The notes beneath the pieces were generated by a model. That model did no database searches. It was not told the origin of the DNA and worked only from the letters and a program-made list of their open reading frames with translations. DNA of 63,995 nucleotides, the filler included, from Choristocarpus tenellus KU-1152 (Eukaryota; Protista; Phaeophyceae): assembly GCA_964200185.2 (NCBI GenBank). It is 14 parts of 14 records of this genome, joined end to end, with 100 filler letters (N's around TTAATTAATTAA, not from the genome) between each part and the next. Parts side by side here need not be neighbours in the genome. Positions count along the whole stretch, not along the records: positions 10,861 to 15,146 come from CAXNAD020015289.1; positions 15,247 to 20,650 come from CAXNAD020010893.1; positions 20,751 to 26,987 come from CAXNAD020008600.1; 11 more parts are not named here. One strand, 5' to 3'. Positions 12,917-26,410 of this stretch are shown one piece after another (the first letter of the stretch is position 1; each line of letters begins with the position of its first letter). The position numbers and the translations under genes are program-made.

Positions 12917-14405
12917 CTAAGACCTACAGAACTTCAAAGGCTTCTGTTTAGTGACTACCTCCTTCCTCTTCCTAGCAACACAAACCTTAACCATGCCTAC
13001 AAAGTCGTCAATTTCCTGTCGAATTGCCCTACCATCATGCAATCCATCTTTTAAGTGCGAAGGAAACCCTTCTAAACCATGTGCAGCCCCCATCAGAGCA
13101 CCAAGGAGGGCACCTCGTGCAACATTTTCACCCCCGACATTTGTGCTGGACAGTAGGGCCTCTGCCGGACTATCAGCATACTTAAACGCATAGTGGAGCA
13201 GGCCTGGGAAGGAAGCTGCCATATAGCACGTGACCATGGGGTCTGGTTGCTGGATGGAAGAACGAAAAATGTCCAGATTCAGCTTGCGACCAGCCTCTTG
13301 AACCTGCTCCCTGAGATCTGGTTGGCATAGAGTGAAAAAAGTAATGGAAGTCACAGGAGCAAGCTCAGAATGTCAGCTACAATGTTCAGACAGTGACTAC
13401 TGCTTCAGGCGTATAAAGCAGCAGTAGAGCCTTGAAAACCTGAGCCCTCACCTTTCCCATGCAGCACACCCATCAGCAAAGAGGCGTAGATCATGGCATA
13501 GTCTGTGAGCTTCTCCGCATCACGGGTAACGCGGATGCACGACCGCAGCTCTTGCCTCAACTTCGTGGATGGTGCGCCGATATTCCCCAAAATTACTGGA
13601 AGCACCCCCACAATACCATCGATGCATTCTATGTTTTCTCCGTCATCAGACGGACATTCAGCTGCTGGGACGCCTTTTGCCCATGCCTCAAAGAATATGC
13701 GATGGCATGAGCCTGCATACGTATCGTTATGCCTGCCTGGTATTGTCATCAAATCGATGTATCGTTGCCTGTAGTCCTCCTCGCAGTATTTTCCTTTCGA
13801 GATCATGCTACGGAGTAGTTCTCGACTCACTAGCATATCAAGAGTGTTCTCGCCCTTCTCCATGCTGACGTGGAGAGGCAGAGAGGATTTCGGCGATCAG
13901 GTTAAGGTGGGTAAGGGCTGACAAGACCTGACAAGGAAATTAATCCTCCTGAACGTTTCAAAAAGAGGTGAGCCACTTTTCATCTTCCCTCCCGCCCCGC
14001 TCACCCTTGATGGTAATGATACTGGGCTCCCCTCATCCAGAACTCTTTCTTTCCGTGAAGGATCACAGTTCCCACAATGTTTCCATCGTCAGACCCTCTT
14101 CCTGCACCACTCGTACTAGACAAGTTCATAATCGATCCAGGTAAAATGGTCTTTGGTTTCTCGTAGGTTGTGATTTGCCCAAAGTCACGCCTGAGATGTA
14201 GGGGCCATTTCAGGTCAAGAAAAAAATGGGGGTTGAAGTGGCACTGAACAACCAAAAAATATTCACCAGAAGACCTAACCTGCACTCACCTGAGTTGAGC
14301 CCGATCGTAGTACCAATGCACAGGCATAGCCAGAGCATCACCAATATAGGTCCCCAACAAGACAGCCCGCATTCTCCCCTCAAGCTCACCTGAAGGAGCC
14401 ACCAT
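12917..14405 (-). CDS. ADP-ribosylglycohydrolase (DraG/ARH/crystallin J1 family), 4 exons, ~371 aa
   Basis: Exons 14405-14290, 14190-14005, 13864-13452 and 13317-12917 join in frame through GT-AG sites. Motifs IGDALAMPVHWYY, GENTLD, HNDTYA, NVGGENVARGALLGALMGA. The extreme C-terminus may be spliced differently. Confidence 0.9.
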
Positions 14406-14730
14406 ATTTTCGTCAGATGGGAGCTGGACTGTTTCTTCCAGCTGTGCGTTGTGTGTTACCCAGACGTCTCCAACTCAAATCGGTAAGTAGCCCAATACTC
14501 TCGGCAAGTCATCTCTCCCAATTCCGATCTAAGAATCAGTAGAGAGTGGTGGACTTTTATGTTATTTATATTTATGTGATTGTCGTTCGATTCTACATAA
14601 ATATTTACTTTGTATAATTGAGATTTTGTGTATGTGCCACCAACAAACGGTGTACAAGGGAAATTGTTATTATATTTTTATTTGTCACGCAATATTCGAA
14701 TAATGTATTGTGGAAGGATAATGGTTGGTT

Positions 14731-14783
14731 ATTGGTTTTCCCTCTGACACATTTGCCTTTCATTGGTTTTCCCCCTGACACAT
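14731..14783 (-). promoter_or_regulatory. Direct repeat ATTGGTTTTCCCYCTGACACAT x2 (candidate paired CCAAT boxes) upstream of the ARH gene
   Basis: Copies start at 14731 and 14762 (31-bp period), about 330 bp upstream of the ATG. Function is inferred only. Confidence 0.3.
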
Positions 14784-16147
14784 CTCCAAAATGTTAGAGG
14801 ACAAAAAAATATAATAATGATTGATTGGTTGATGAAATTGGGTTATGATAACTAGTGATCAGGAATTATACACTAGATAAATTGTTACACAGAATGCTCA
14901 CAAAAAAAAGTCAAACCAACATCACACGACCTGTAGAAGGAACAAATAGTAGAACTTATCTATACATGAGATTTTTATTCTAAGATCTATTTTTCTGTTC
15001 AATTCATATTATTTGAATTTGTTTTGCTCACGAATTCTGGATTATTATTAATATTTTGCACATTCCTATTTTCTATTCCTCTATCCTCTATTCCCCATTT
15101 GATGACCAACCAGTGCAAATGCCCTTCGTCACTGGTTGCCAGCCATNNNNNNNNNNNNNNNNNNNNNNNNNNNNNNNNNNNNNNNNNNNNTTAATTAATT
15201 AANNNNNNNNNNNNNNNNNNNNNNNNNNNNNNNNNNNNNNNNNNNNATCTATTTTGGGTCAAGGCCATCCTCAATTAAAAGCTCCATCCTCAATTTTTGA
15301 AATCCCCTGTTTGGGGGAGAAGGTAAAAACATGTGTTTAGAGTGTATGGGACATCTCATTCTGCTCAATATACCTTGTAAGAATGGACTGTATTATGGAG
15401 AAAGATGGGTGCTTTCATCTCCATGCTGCTTCTGTCCTTAGAGGATTGAATCTGCATCAAATTTCCTGAGATTGTGTCTGCGACACCTCTGTTCGCATTC
15501 TGTTCCCACACCCAGAATCTCGTAAGCACTTGGGACCAATCTATCTAATGAGGAAGGCATCTATGATACTCTGAGTGTATAATAGGTTTTTCATGTGTAA
15601 TGATTTAGCTTCCCTGAAAATGAAACAAACCTGGAAGTCAGGTAGACGGTAAATAATACATGTAAGGAAGGTGAAGAGAAGGTGCATTTCGGGTGCTGTG
15701 GGGCCTATGGAGGACAAAGAAGTACCTACAAACACCACTATCGTCTGTGTTCACTATAAATGTCGCTTCAATCTAGTATAACCGTAACAAATAATTGGTG
15801 GGCTAACCCTCCATTTTCATGGAAGCAATTTGTACGGAGTGAGCGGGCGAGGTAATTATGAATTGAATCTTCTTATGGTTTCGCAGTGCTGTTTGAAATT
15901 ACGTGAAGACATAGCAACATGAAATACGTTGATATGTTGGTTCTGAACAGACGTCGTTGTTGGAGACGTATGTAAAGTGATTGGTTGGGTCTATTGGTTA
16001 ACGGCGTAACAATTTCAGTTGGTGATTTTTTCTTCTTCTGGTTTCACGAAGTAGTGTGAGCGTTACTTTCTAAAAAGTGTGAACCGATCTATGATAGAGT
16101 ATGATATTAATTTGTAAGTATCAAGCGACGCAGATTTTTCGTTGGCG

Positions 16148-17414
16148 ATGCCCCAGCGGGGTGGACCTGTTCAGGTTGAGATATTCGCGGCTGGAGATGG
16201 TATCAACTATCCACAGAAGGGGCAGACAGTGACCGTGCACTATACTGGATACCTCGAGGATGGAACCCAATTCGACTCTTCTCGCAACCGTGGGAAGCCA
16301 TTCAAGTTTAAGTTGGGGAGCGAGCAGGTGGGAAAATGCCGTATCTGAAGCGCACAAGACGAGCAAGCATTTTCTTGTCGGCTTCGTGGCTTGCCTCGGA
16401 CTGGTAATATTTTTTGTTCCCTATGCTCATCAGGAATTCGCTCATCTACCTGGTACATCACCATTATTACGTTGTTGATCTCAAGGTTATTCCAGGTTTG
16501 GATGATGGAGTAAGTCAACTTAGCATCGGCGAGCGAGCCAAGGTGAGCAAGTATTGCTCTATTACTCCCTTTAGACCTTCCTCTACAAGACCTTGATTTC
16601 CCCTGCTATTACCTTTGCCTGCAATAATGTTTTTCTGGAACATGAAAATGGTTGGATGAATGCATCTAGTCCTACTCAGCGATAAAAAAATAGATTTAAA
16701 AGTAACGGTGGATAGGTAGCTAAGTTAAATAGTAATGTAGAGAAATTGAGGAACGAAAAACAATCATCCGTAGGGACGTACTGATGATTTCGATACTTTT
16801 TTGGGGGTATGAGGTAGTTTCAGACTGTGGAGTATTTATGTTTGCAGCATACTGCACGATATCCAGCTGAAAACACACAGAGAGAAGGTACAACAAAATC
16901 GACGATCTTGAAATAACCTACTGAATGAAAAAGTACCCATCCCATGCTTCACCTGGACCATGGTCGCCTTTAAAATTCTTCCTTCTTCCTTCTGTGGTAA
17001 TAAATTTTCCAGTCATACTTTCAAGCACATTCCAGAAGTTAAAAAATAGACCACTCCCACAAAAAATTGTAAGTATGCACAATTGGTTCCAAGTAAAAAT
17101 TCTTCAACCGATCCATTTTTTGCCTCATTCTGCAGCAACCATTTTACTCCTACTCTAACACTTCAAATGGTAGATACGAAATGCAGTTAACAGGTGGTGG
17201 TGGTAGGAATGACATTGTTTGCCTTCACCAAAATACCCTTAAGTCATGCGATTTTCAATGTAAAAATAATCATATTGTCACATGTTCTATTGTTGTGGAA
17301 ATCGCTCAGGTGACTATTCCACCAGGATCTGCCTATGGAGCACGAGGCTTCCCAGGTCTTGTGCCTCCAAGCTCCACATTAATTTTTGACTTGGAGTTGA
17401 TTACCTTCATTTGA
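16148..17414 (+). CDS. FKBP12: FKBP12-type peptidyl-prolyl cis-trans isomerase, 3 exons, 113 aa
   Basis: Exons 16148-16327, 16486-16542 and 17310-17414, all phase 0 GT-AG. Spliced protein has [62 protein letters not shown]. Confidence 0.96.
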
Positions 17415-20400
17415 ATCAATTGCAATATATTATAACTCACTGATGACAGCTGGATACAATCTAGATGTTCACAACACATTGCACTCCTTAGTTGGTGATG
17501 TCAATGGTGGGATATTAGCTGTACCGGGATAACACTACCAACAAATTGGTAAGAAGTTTGACACCAACAACATGTGGACACCAGATTGACAGCAGTAACG
17601 TTGATGCTAGTTTAACTGTTGATTCTTTTTAGACTACTACTAGTGCTACTGGTACACCAAAGTACAGGACAGGAGTAGTACATGGTGTGCACACTAATTT
17701 CTAGAGGTGAGTGAAGAATTATTTATAGTACAATAATAACAATAGTCCCTAAAACCGTTTGAATCTGAGATTCAAGACAAAAAAGTCTATGGTGCGTGTC
17801 TGGTCTCAGGTAGCATTTATGAGCAATTTGCAAGGGATATGTATGAATGGATGTTACAGTGGGAGCATTGGCTCAAGTTATATTCATAGAACATTTAACT
17901 GTTCTGAACATGTCATACTGGGGACTATGATCAATGCAGCAATTAAACATATCATTTACAGTATATTTAAAGCCAATATACTCAAAGAAGTTTCTACCAC
18001 TTCCTAATCTGTGGTACAGAGGAAAAGTGAGGACTGACTATTGGTAAAGGGTGAGCTCTGTCACTCTGATTTATTTGACGTGCCCATTATTTACAGAAGG
18101 ATGTGTTCAGACCAAATCATTGCTTCTCCTTGACTATCATCCGTTGTAGTACATGCTAGCTCTATCCAGTCCATTAAAGCATAAAAAAGGTTACTGTGGT
18201 AATAGTAGTAGCAAAGCACTGAATATTAAGATGCAAGAAACTGCTTATCTATAGAGATAGGCATCTGAAGGGAGTTGATCATGGTACAGAAAATACCATG
18301 AAGTAGAACACTGAAAGTATTTGAGAATCAAAGAGACACATGAATGAGCATTATGTGCCAAGACTATTATTCAAATCACTACTCAAAGTGCAGTGTTATC
18401 ATTGTTCTTCCAGAGTACTCTCCAGTAACTAATAGTTCCATTCTAGACAAGAGATCTGAAGTCTTCTGGAATAGAAATAATGATAGCAGGTAATGAGTGA
18501 GGGGAAAGTCCCTCAACAAAAGAATGTGTTGGAGGTTTGATATGGTTTTTGAGGAAGGTTAACATAAGAGGAGAGAAAGAGTGTCTGCCACTGCCTTAGC
18601 CTGCATGTTAACATCATTATTTAATTTACACACTATCCTCCAAAGTGTGTATGGGGTCTTCTGAGGGATTATTTGTATGTGAAAGAGGAGCGTTGTACCT
18701 CATATTGAGAGCTTGAATGTAGTATTTGCATTCTGTACTCTTAAGGACCTTCATCATCCAACTCAACACACACACACACACATCCTCAGTCAGACAGTCC
18801 AAATAGACCACAGTTGGATCCGTGTTGCAGAAATGGTGGACGGATAGGCAGAGCAAGCCAGCACTAGGACATTCATAGAACAAGTACTGAGGAATGCAAG
18901 CCACTTCAAACAAACTCAACATCATGGTTATCATTGTGTGATCGATTGCAAGGAGTGCACACCTTCAAACACACAAAACACACAGACACACACATGAGTA
19001 AACTGGTATACAACAAGACAAAAACATTAGATAACAAAAATATGAGAATGTAGGAAAACAAATGCACAGGCATCATCTACATGTGATAACAGTCTGCCTT
19101 GGCATCTGTGCAGCCTATTTATTGCATAGTCCAACAAAGAGATGAAAATACACCCATGATGCAATGTCAGTCCAATGGAAGACACAGCAGGAAATCTGTA
19201 TGTACTGTATGTACTCCAATACAAATAAAAAACAGCAGAAAAACGTTTCAGGCATCCCTTCGATCGCAAAGGGGTGAAACACGCATATACATACTCTAGA
19301 ACACTACCTTGTATGGCACAAGCACTGGGTGGACAAATTCCAGAGGTGTTCAGTCCCAAAACTTTTGAGCGTGCATTTTCCAAACAACATCGATATAGGT
19401 AGCTACAATGCAACTTCAATCCCTCATGGGGAACTCTTGACCACCACATACCACATGATGAGCACAATTGTAATGACAAATATTAATAATGCATATTAAC
19501 AATCCGATCCAATCCAATCCAATCCTTCAAGAGTTAGGGTTACAATATCACACCCACAAGGGCAGGTTGCTACTTGCCCACTCCTGCATCACCATACAGT
19601 TAAGGCACTCTCTGCTGCCACAACCCTTCCTCCTACCTCAGTTGAACTTGGTTGTAACTATGTTTCCATGAAGCGGTCCAGTCTGAAAGATTGGGATGGG
19701 GGTGGGAAAAGGGGCAAGAAGAAACTGATTACACCTCAAGTCTACAGTCCCACCATGACCATCCAAGGTGGGCACTCTTGTAAGGTGAAGAGTCTTTGTG
19801 TTCTGATACCCCCTCATAAAAACATCAAAATATCTACTTCAGGACAGAGTAAACAACAAAGGAGGGTACCCTCTATGGTACCCTCAATAGCACACTCTAT
19901 AGTTTACTTCCATGCATATTGATCAAAAAAAGTGTCGTACATATTTCAACATTCCCCTATGAACCTCAGACGTCTATCTAGTTGTGTACAGGTTCACACC
20001 ATTCCCTATTCTTATTGCACCATCATCAAGGCCCCCTTCCACAGTCAGTGAGGCCAACCCCATATACTATATGTGCCAACTAGCCAATGTAACCTTCTGC
20101 ATCTTCTGGCATTGTGTACAAAATAAATTGCACCTGGTAAAGGCCGAATCTAGCTAATCAAGAGAAGCACCATCAAGAGCAGAAGACACTTCACCATCTG
20201 TTTGTTTGTGTCTGTATTAAGATCTGTAAGTAATAAATGTGTAAGAAGCGAACTAACCACAAGGTGAGTGGTTACAAATACCATATTGTAGATTCATAGG
20301 CATGCAAGCTTGTACTTTGATTATGTACAAGAACTCATAACACCTACCAAAAAAAAAAGCACAGCTAAGTACTTTGTGATTGGGGTACAAAGCTCAATTG

Positions 20401-23400
20401 TCTTTGTACTCCAGACACATGCCAATTGTTGATTGCTTCTCTGCAAGTAGTCTCTGACTTCTCAATAACCTCATCAGTAGTTAAGGGACAAGACAGGGAG
20501 ATGGGTATCAGTTTGTTGAATGTACTACAGGGAACACCTTCATGTGGGTACTTACCTTGCCAGTGATGTGTACAAGGGCTCAGCAGAAGAAGGTCGTGCA
20601 ACCAATCCACTAAGAAGACTCCTTGGTGATACCTGCTGTGTCCAAGGTGGNNNNNNNNNNNNNNNNNNNNNNNNNNNNNNNNNNNNNNNNNNNNTTAATT
20701 AATTAANNNNNNNNNNNNNNNNNNNNNNNNNNNNNNNNNNNNNNNNNNNNGGGAAACGGGCAACGGGCAATGGGCAACGGGCAAGCGAGTGGGGTGGGGT
20801 GGGGTGGGGGGCGATTTCTCGATGAGGGTTACGTTGAACGAAAAAACTACAGTGAACCACTACCGCATCAATATAATGTTGTGAGAAGAGTGAGGGTTCA
20901 GCCTGACCGGACTAAAGCCATATCCGTTGCATTAATCCAAGCCATCTGACAGCCCTCTGGTTGTTGGGTATCTCAAATCGAATTGATCTTCAATTGATTA
21001 TTTCCCTCTTGTTGATTTTGTTTGGGTATGCATTCAATAAATAGTACTTACTACATTCCCAACTTTCCTGGGATTAGCAAGTGTCTAACTGCATGTGCTA
21101 TAACTCACTGGGTAGGTACTCATTGACTCCTGATTGATCTTGACCTAATGCCTGCATATATATATATAGGCGACCAGTATGCTTCATCTTGTAGTGTTAC
21201 TACAAAGGTACTGAGTGCATGTGTAGACCTCTACATAGTAGTAGCAGGTGCTACACTATCAGGAGACCTTCAGTACAGAGCACTACAGTAGAAAATACTC
21301 AGGGACTCTGAGTTTGCAATAGTACCATCTGACCTAACTGACCCAAAGTACCTGTTTTTTTTATGTCGTTGAAAAGCTATTTCCAGATGGGACATCCGCA
21401 GACCAAACCAATGCCTGCACATTCCACTTTCCATAAAATCTGAACCATTTTTTTTTCATATCACAGCTCTATGATCAATCCAGGGCATGCCACCAACCTG
21501 CTCAATGCTTTGAGGGTGTCGACACGGACCTCAATCTGGAGAGCTGTGGGGCGTGACTAAAATCAACACTGAACCTGCAAATAATTTCGCATTTCCGAAA
21601 TGTCAAAATACACGTAAGCACGATTTGTTGTCTTTGACACCATTCTTGGGAATGTTCTCCAAGATACCTTGGACATACACCTCCTTGCAGCAACCTCTAG
21701 CCTAGAGTCTTCTGTGAACCCTGCGCTAACAGCAAACAAGAAAGAAAGCATCCTGCTTGAAGAACCTTATATATATATATTTTTTTTTTTGGCTGATCAG
21801 CGTGCGTACTGATGCGGCAGTTACAACGCGCGAACAATTACTGATACAACTTCTCATACTGCGAATGTTTCTGTAACTGCTATTAAACTTGCCCCGAGTG
21901 TGTGAGCTCCGTGTATAGTATACGGAGACGAGAAAGAGTAACAGAAAAAAATTTAGCGAGGGATTGTGGACGTTTCTTTGTTGTGTCCACTGAGTGCCAT
22001 CTTACTAGAGCACGATAACTCCCATGCAACAGCATCCCTTGAACCTCTGTTGCACACAAACACACATCAACATCATCACCATGAAGTTGAAGCTCACCCT
22101 CCACAGTGTTTGAACAACTGACACCCCCTCAAGCTAATCAAGTCATCAATAACAGGGGCGGGGTACAAACCCAAGATATTTAAACACAATAGGCAAAGGA
22201 GAATAACATTCTAATCCACCCAAACTCTCCCGAAAAAATAGCTCAACCCTACTTCAGTAGGAGATTGATACACAGCAACAATCACAACCTTACAGAGGAA
22301 TAATGCCCCTCTTTCCTACCCCCGTTCTTCCATGGCTAATAGAGTCGCTTCTGAGGGGTGGTCTCACACCTCTACGAGCTGCTGGCCTTGGCTCCAATCC
22401 ACCTCGCCCAGACCTGAGATGTCTTCTTCACCTCCTATGCCCACCTCCTTCCCCACCAAGTTATCTGGGACGCCTTTACCCCCCCCTTTCAGCTCCCTTT
22501 CAGCGCTTTTGTTGTCACCTCTGGCCTTGACTCTGGCCTTGGCTTTGGCCTTGCCCTTGAGTTGTGCAAATCCTTTTTTCTCTTTTGACTGGTGGTGGTT
22601 GGGATTACCAAACGACACAGCGACCATGAGAAAGGAGGCAGCAATAGCTCTGTTTTTTCAAGGGGTGAATTTGAGGGAAGCTGCTCGAACCAGTTACGTT
22701 GACAACTGGAGGCGATGGAACGTTGAAATGGCGAGGCGGCAGAGGGGGGGTAGTTGCACAAGCTTAAGCCTCCAACGATGGTCAGGGCTTGTCCTTGTCC
22801 TTTGCAAAGAGGATAAGCATTGAAATGACTGCGGAAGGTGTAGGGGAGTAGGCAATACCATGGTACCTTGTACCCACCATCTTCCCCTACTCTCACCTTA
22901 CGCTCGGGGGGCTTCACCGACAATGACTGCTTCGCCACTTTTTCAGCAGACTCCGCTTCCCATTGTTTGATTAGACGGTCAGCCTTACCAGCGGGGTCCT
23001 GATTCCATTCTCGGGCCCACTCTCCCCAGTCACGTCCATCTTGGAAAGGTTCTGGCTCAGGTGTTGAAGGTGGACTGCTCTTACTTCCCTGTCGAGATTG
23101 GCAGAAAAAGCACACAGAATGATATTGATGTCAGGCTGGAGAAGATCAGTACCATCTGTGGCACAGCTCGGCATAGAGAGGGCAAGCTCAGCCCCAGAAC
23201 TGTGTTCCTTAACGAAAAAAATTGGAGGTAGACGAAGACTATAACAATTTATCTTAAGGCTCTCCAATCTGGTAGAAGAGGCCAATGAGCCTCCTATTTT
23301 GAAGGAACTATTGCCTTACTGATATACCTTGCATCATGTTAACATCTCACCCTTTCTGCGCTCCACAGCCCTCCACTCTTCCATCAAAATAGAGCAGAGT

Positions 23401-23865
23401 ATATCGAGCTAAACATTCTCAGCTATTGGTTCTCACCTCTCCTGTTTCAACATTCCAATCTCCAGGCAAGTCGAACGGGGTTGACCCTGTCTCGCCTGTA
23501 GGTTGCTCCCCACCTAAGCAACCATTTCGAACACCCCACCCACGACGGTTTCCCAACCATAACGTTCTCTGGCAGGTACTGACTTGTCGTGAAGGGGCAA
23601 TGTAGGACGCTCCTTGTGGAAGACGCACGAGCAAGGCTAAGAATGAGAGGTAAAAAGTCAACATGAGAACATGCCCTTGTATAATGTAATCTTACTACTA
23701 CTAATTCTACTACAACTATCTCATGTTCCAAATTTGAACTATGAGATTCCTCCGTCGAAGGCCTTGTTTAGGAGTACAAATTAAGGTTCAACTAATACCC
23801 AGCCCAACCCCAAGTACATCTTGGACACGGTATTAGTACAGACTCTAAACTATATTGTCCCCAGG

Positions 23866-24912
23866 ATGAGGGTACTGCTTGTGGCCCTCAAGGTGGTCAT
23901 TGCTCGTGGATGGGCGCGTGGAGTTGTGCCTAGTGCTCATCGAGGCGTAGGATTGATCCCAGGTCCTGGACAAGATGGGGTGGGCATTGTTAGAGGACCT
24001 TCAATCAAGCACTCTTTGCACCTGTCGGGCATCACATGCGCTGCGAGTGGACTAGAGACTGAAAATCAAGCGGAGAAAGGGAGGCCGCTAAGAATCTCTC
24101 GACTTTTGGCAAACAGGGGTGTTGGATCCAGGAGTGAGGTGATACCTCTTGGAGGGTAGGGCAGGCAGGCAACTCTGTGTTTTCCTTATGAAATCCCCTA
24201 TGCTAGTTTTTGCTTTATGTAGAGAGTCTAAATGATATTTGGTATGGTAAGTAAAAAGCCCATACGCCACATTGAAAACGAATGAATGCACAGCTAGATA
24301 AGCATGTTTACCTCGTAGGTCGAGGTCATGATCCGTCGTGGTCGAATCAAGGTTGGGGACAAGGTCATCAAATCTCCCAAGGCCAAGTTCGATGAGAATT
24401 GTGTTATCAAGGTGAGCAGAATCAGTGGAAGTTGATGAAAAATGCCATTGAGCTCGTGATCCTCACGTACAGCGTATGATATCAAACCACACAAGGCTAA
24501 AGGAGCACAGTTGCCTGAATTCATCCGCAGGCCTATCCAACAATCCAATCGCTTCTGTTGAGGGAGAATTTCCACACCATCCAATTGATGAGATACGAGA
24601 GGAGTATTTCACTCATTTACAGATCGCGTGTGTGGCTCTTTCCTGAACAAGACGTACGTCGCTAAAACGCCCTATTGCTGCCATACTGTCAACTCCCAAG
24701 CACATCTCATTTCCATCCAACCACTTTTTTGCCCATGGTTCTCATTTGGAAGTGTTCTGGTCCCTGCTCAATGCTCAGGTGGATGACGAGGAGTGGGGAC
24801 CTGTGCCGCTTCTGATTGCCTTTCACAAGCCCAAGGGAGTCATTTGCAGCACAAGTGACGACTGGAATAGGGAAGATTTGAGCTCGGTCTTGCCCCCCAA
24901 CCTGTTGAGGAG
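23866..24912 (+). CDS. S4-domain RsuA/RluB-family pseudouridine synthase, first 3 exons (3' part not found on this contig)
   Basis: Exons 23866-24138, 24319-24411 and 24779-24912 with GT-AG sites. S4 motif LRISRLLANRGVGSRSEVEVMIRRGRIKV and motif I FHKPKGVICSTSDD. Catalytic GRLD exon not seen. Confidence 0.85.
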
Positions 24913-25778
24913 GTGAGTGCTGGCTATGTATGCTGGAGGGGGAGACCTCTAGATTTCTCGAACAATACTTTGCCTTTTGTTGACGGATGGTCATTTTCCT
25001 GCTAGCGTTGAGGTGTGGTATATATGTACACATATATCATACCTTGGACAAACTAAGCTACCACTCAACATTTTAACGTTACATTATACGAAGCATTGTC
25101 CCGATCACGGATGCTTCATGGAAAATGGGCTCAGTCTTTGTTTGGACAATGGATGTTACACAGAAAATCACCCCGAGTGTTTTCCTCCACAACAGATACT
25201 ACAGAGTAATAGCACTGGGGGTTGTCCCAGATAATGAACTTTGTACAATAGCTGCCTGTGAATGCAACCCTCACAATGGGTGTTCTAGAAATATGGGCCC
25301 TGAGCCTTTGTCTCAGAAAACTGACGTTACGCAGGCAACACAATTGTTCCCAAGCGTTGGAATGTAACACCCTGGTTTTGGTAGAACATGTACAAGTGTG
25401 TGCTCATCGAGCGAGGGGTATGCGATAAATCTGAAGTCCAGTCTGCTTATCCTTGCCATTTGGTGTAGCATGCCTAAGTCAAGGCCTTCTTCACGACAAA
25501 GCTGCGCGCTGACACTTCTTCATGCATCTCCACAAAAATCTGGTGCAACACATGTTCTGGTACAGGCAGCCCCCCCCAGCACCGACGCACTCCTTTTTTC
25601 CATCCCTCTCCTTCACTTCTACAGAGTTGTGATCCGAGAGAGGATTCCTGAATTGTTATAATCATGATTGGTTTGTCTCCAGCCGGTTGATCGCCATTTA
25701 TTGCCTGGGTCGTCATCAAGCATGCGAGTCGCTGGTGTTTTTCTCTTGAGTGTTGATGGGCTCCGCCAGAGGTTGGGG

Positions 25779-25831
25779 GGTTAGGTTTAGGTTTAGGTCT
25801 AGGTTTAGGTTTAGGGTTAGGGTTAGGGTTA
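25779..25831 (+). repeat. Interstitial telomere-like repeat (TTAGGT/TTAGGG)n
   Basis: ggttaggtttaggtttaggtctaggtttaggtttagggttagggttagggtta. Confidence 0.9.
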
Positions 25832-25993
25832 CATTTTTTGAGGTTAACATTGAACACGTGTACGTGCTCATCATCGTGTGTGATACAAACAGGAACCTTC
25901 AAGGCTGCGTGTTTACACACTTGGATGGCGTGTGTGGGACAACCGACTGGTCTGTCAAGAAGCAAAGCCCCTCGATCATCTGTTAAACGCGCA

Positions 25994-26024
<31 letters not shown>
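25994..26024. repeat. (GATT)n microsatellite
   Basis: About 7 units seen directly. Confidence 0.9.
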
Positions 26025-26028
<4 letters not shown>

Positions 26029-26303
26029 GCTGGAGATCATAATTGGTCCTGTTTTACAACTCTGTCCTTAATGATCCGTGCTTATCTCAATGTCAGGCAA
26101 GCTCTCTGTGGCGTTCGAGAGTGTAAAATTACGAGAAATATATATATATATATATATTTTCCCTGATGAACCCATTTTTCAGAACAATTGATTCTAGTCT
26201 TGTACATCACAATGCACTCATCCAGAGCTCTACCTCTACTGCCTGTCCATTTACGGTGTGGATATTTTCTGTGAAACATGGTTGCATTCTTCTTTTGTCA
26301 TCG

Positions 26304-26410
26304 TACTTGGCGACCAGTATCACTTGGTTAGCGACCAAGATCACTTGGTTAGCGATCAAGATCACTTATTTAGCGGCCAAGATCACTTGGTTAGCGACCA
26401 AGATCACTTA
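26304..26410. repeat. Tandem array of a 21-bp hairpin unit TCACTTGGTTAGCGACCAAGA
   Basis: Four full units at 26320, 26341, 26362 and 26383 plus partial flanking units; no spacers. Confidence 0.95.

Noticed and set aside
14405-16148. Apparent divergent ARH/FKBP12 gene pair with a bidirectional promoter
   Set aside because: The genes lie on different contigs separated by the linker at 15147-15246.
22300-23300. Overlapping ORFs of 163 and 208 aa
   Set aside because: No recognisable domain or convincing exon structure.
26304-26410. CRISPR-like palindromic repeats
   Set aside because: There are no unique spacers or cas genes, and the context is eukaryotic.
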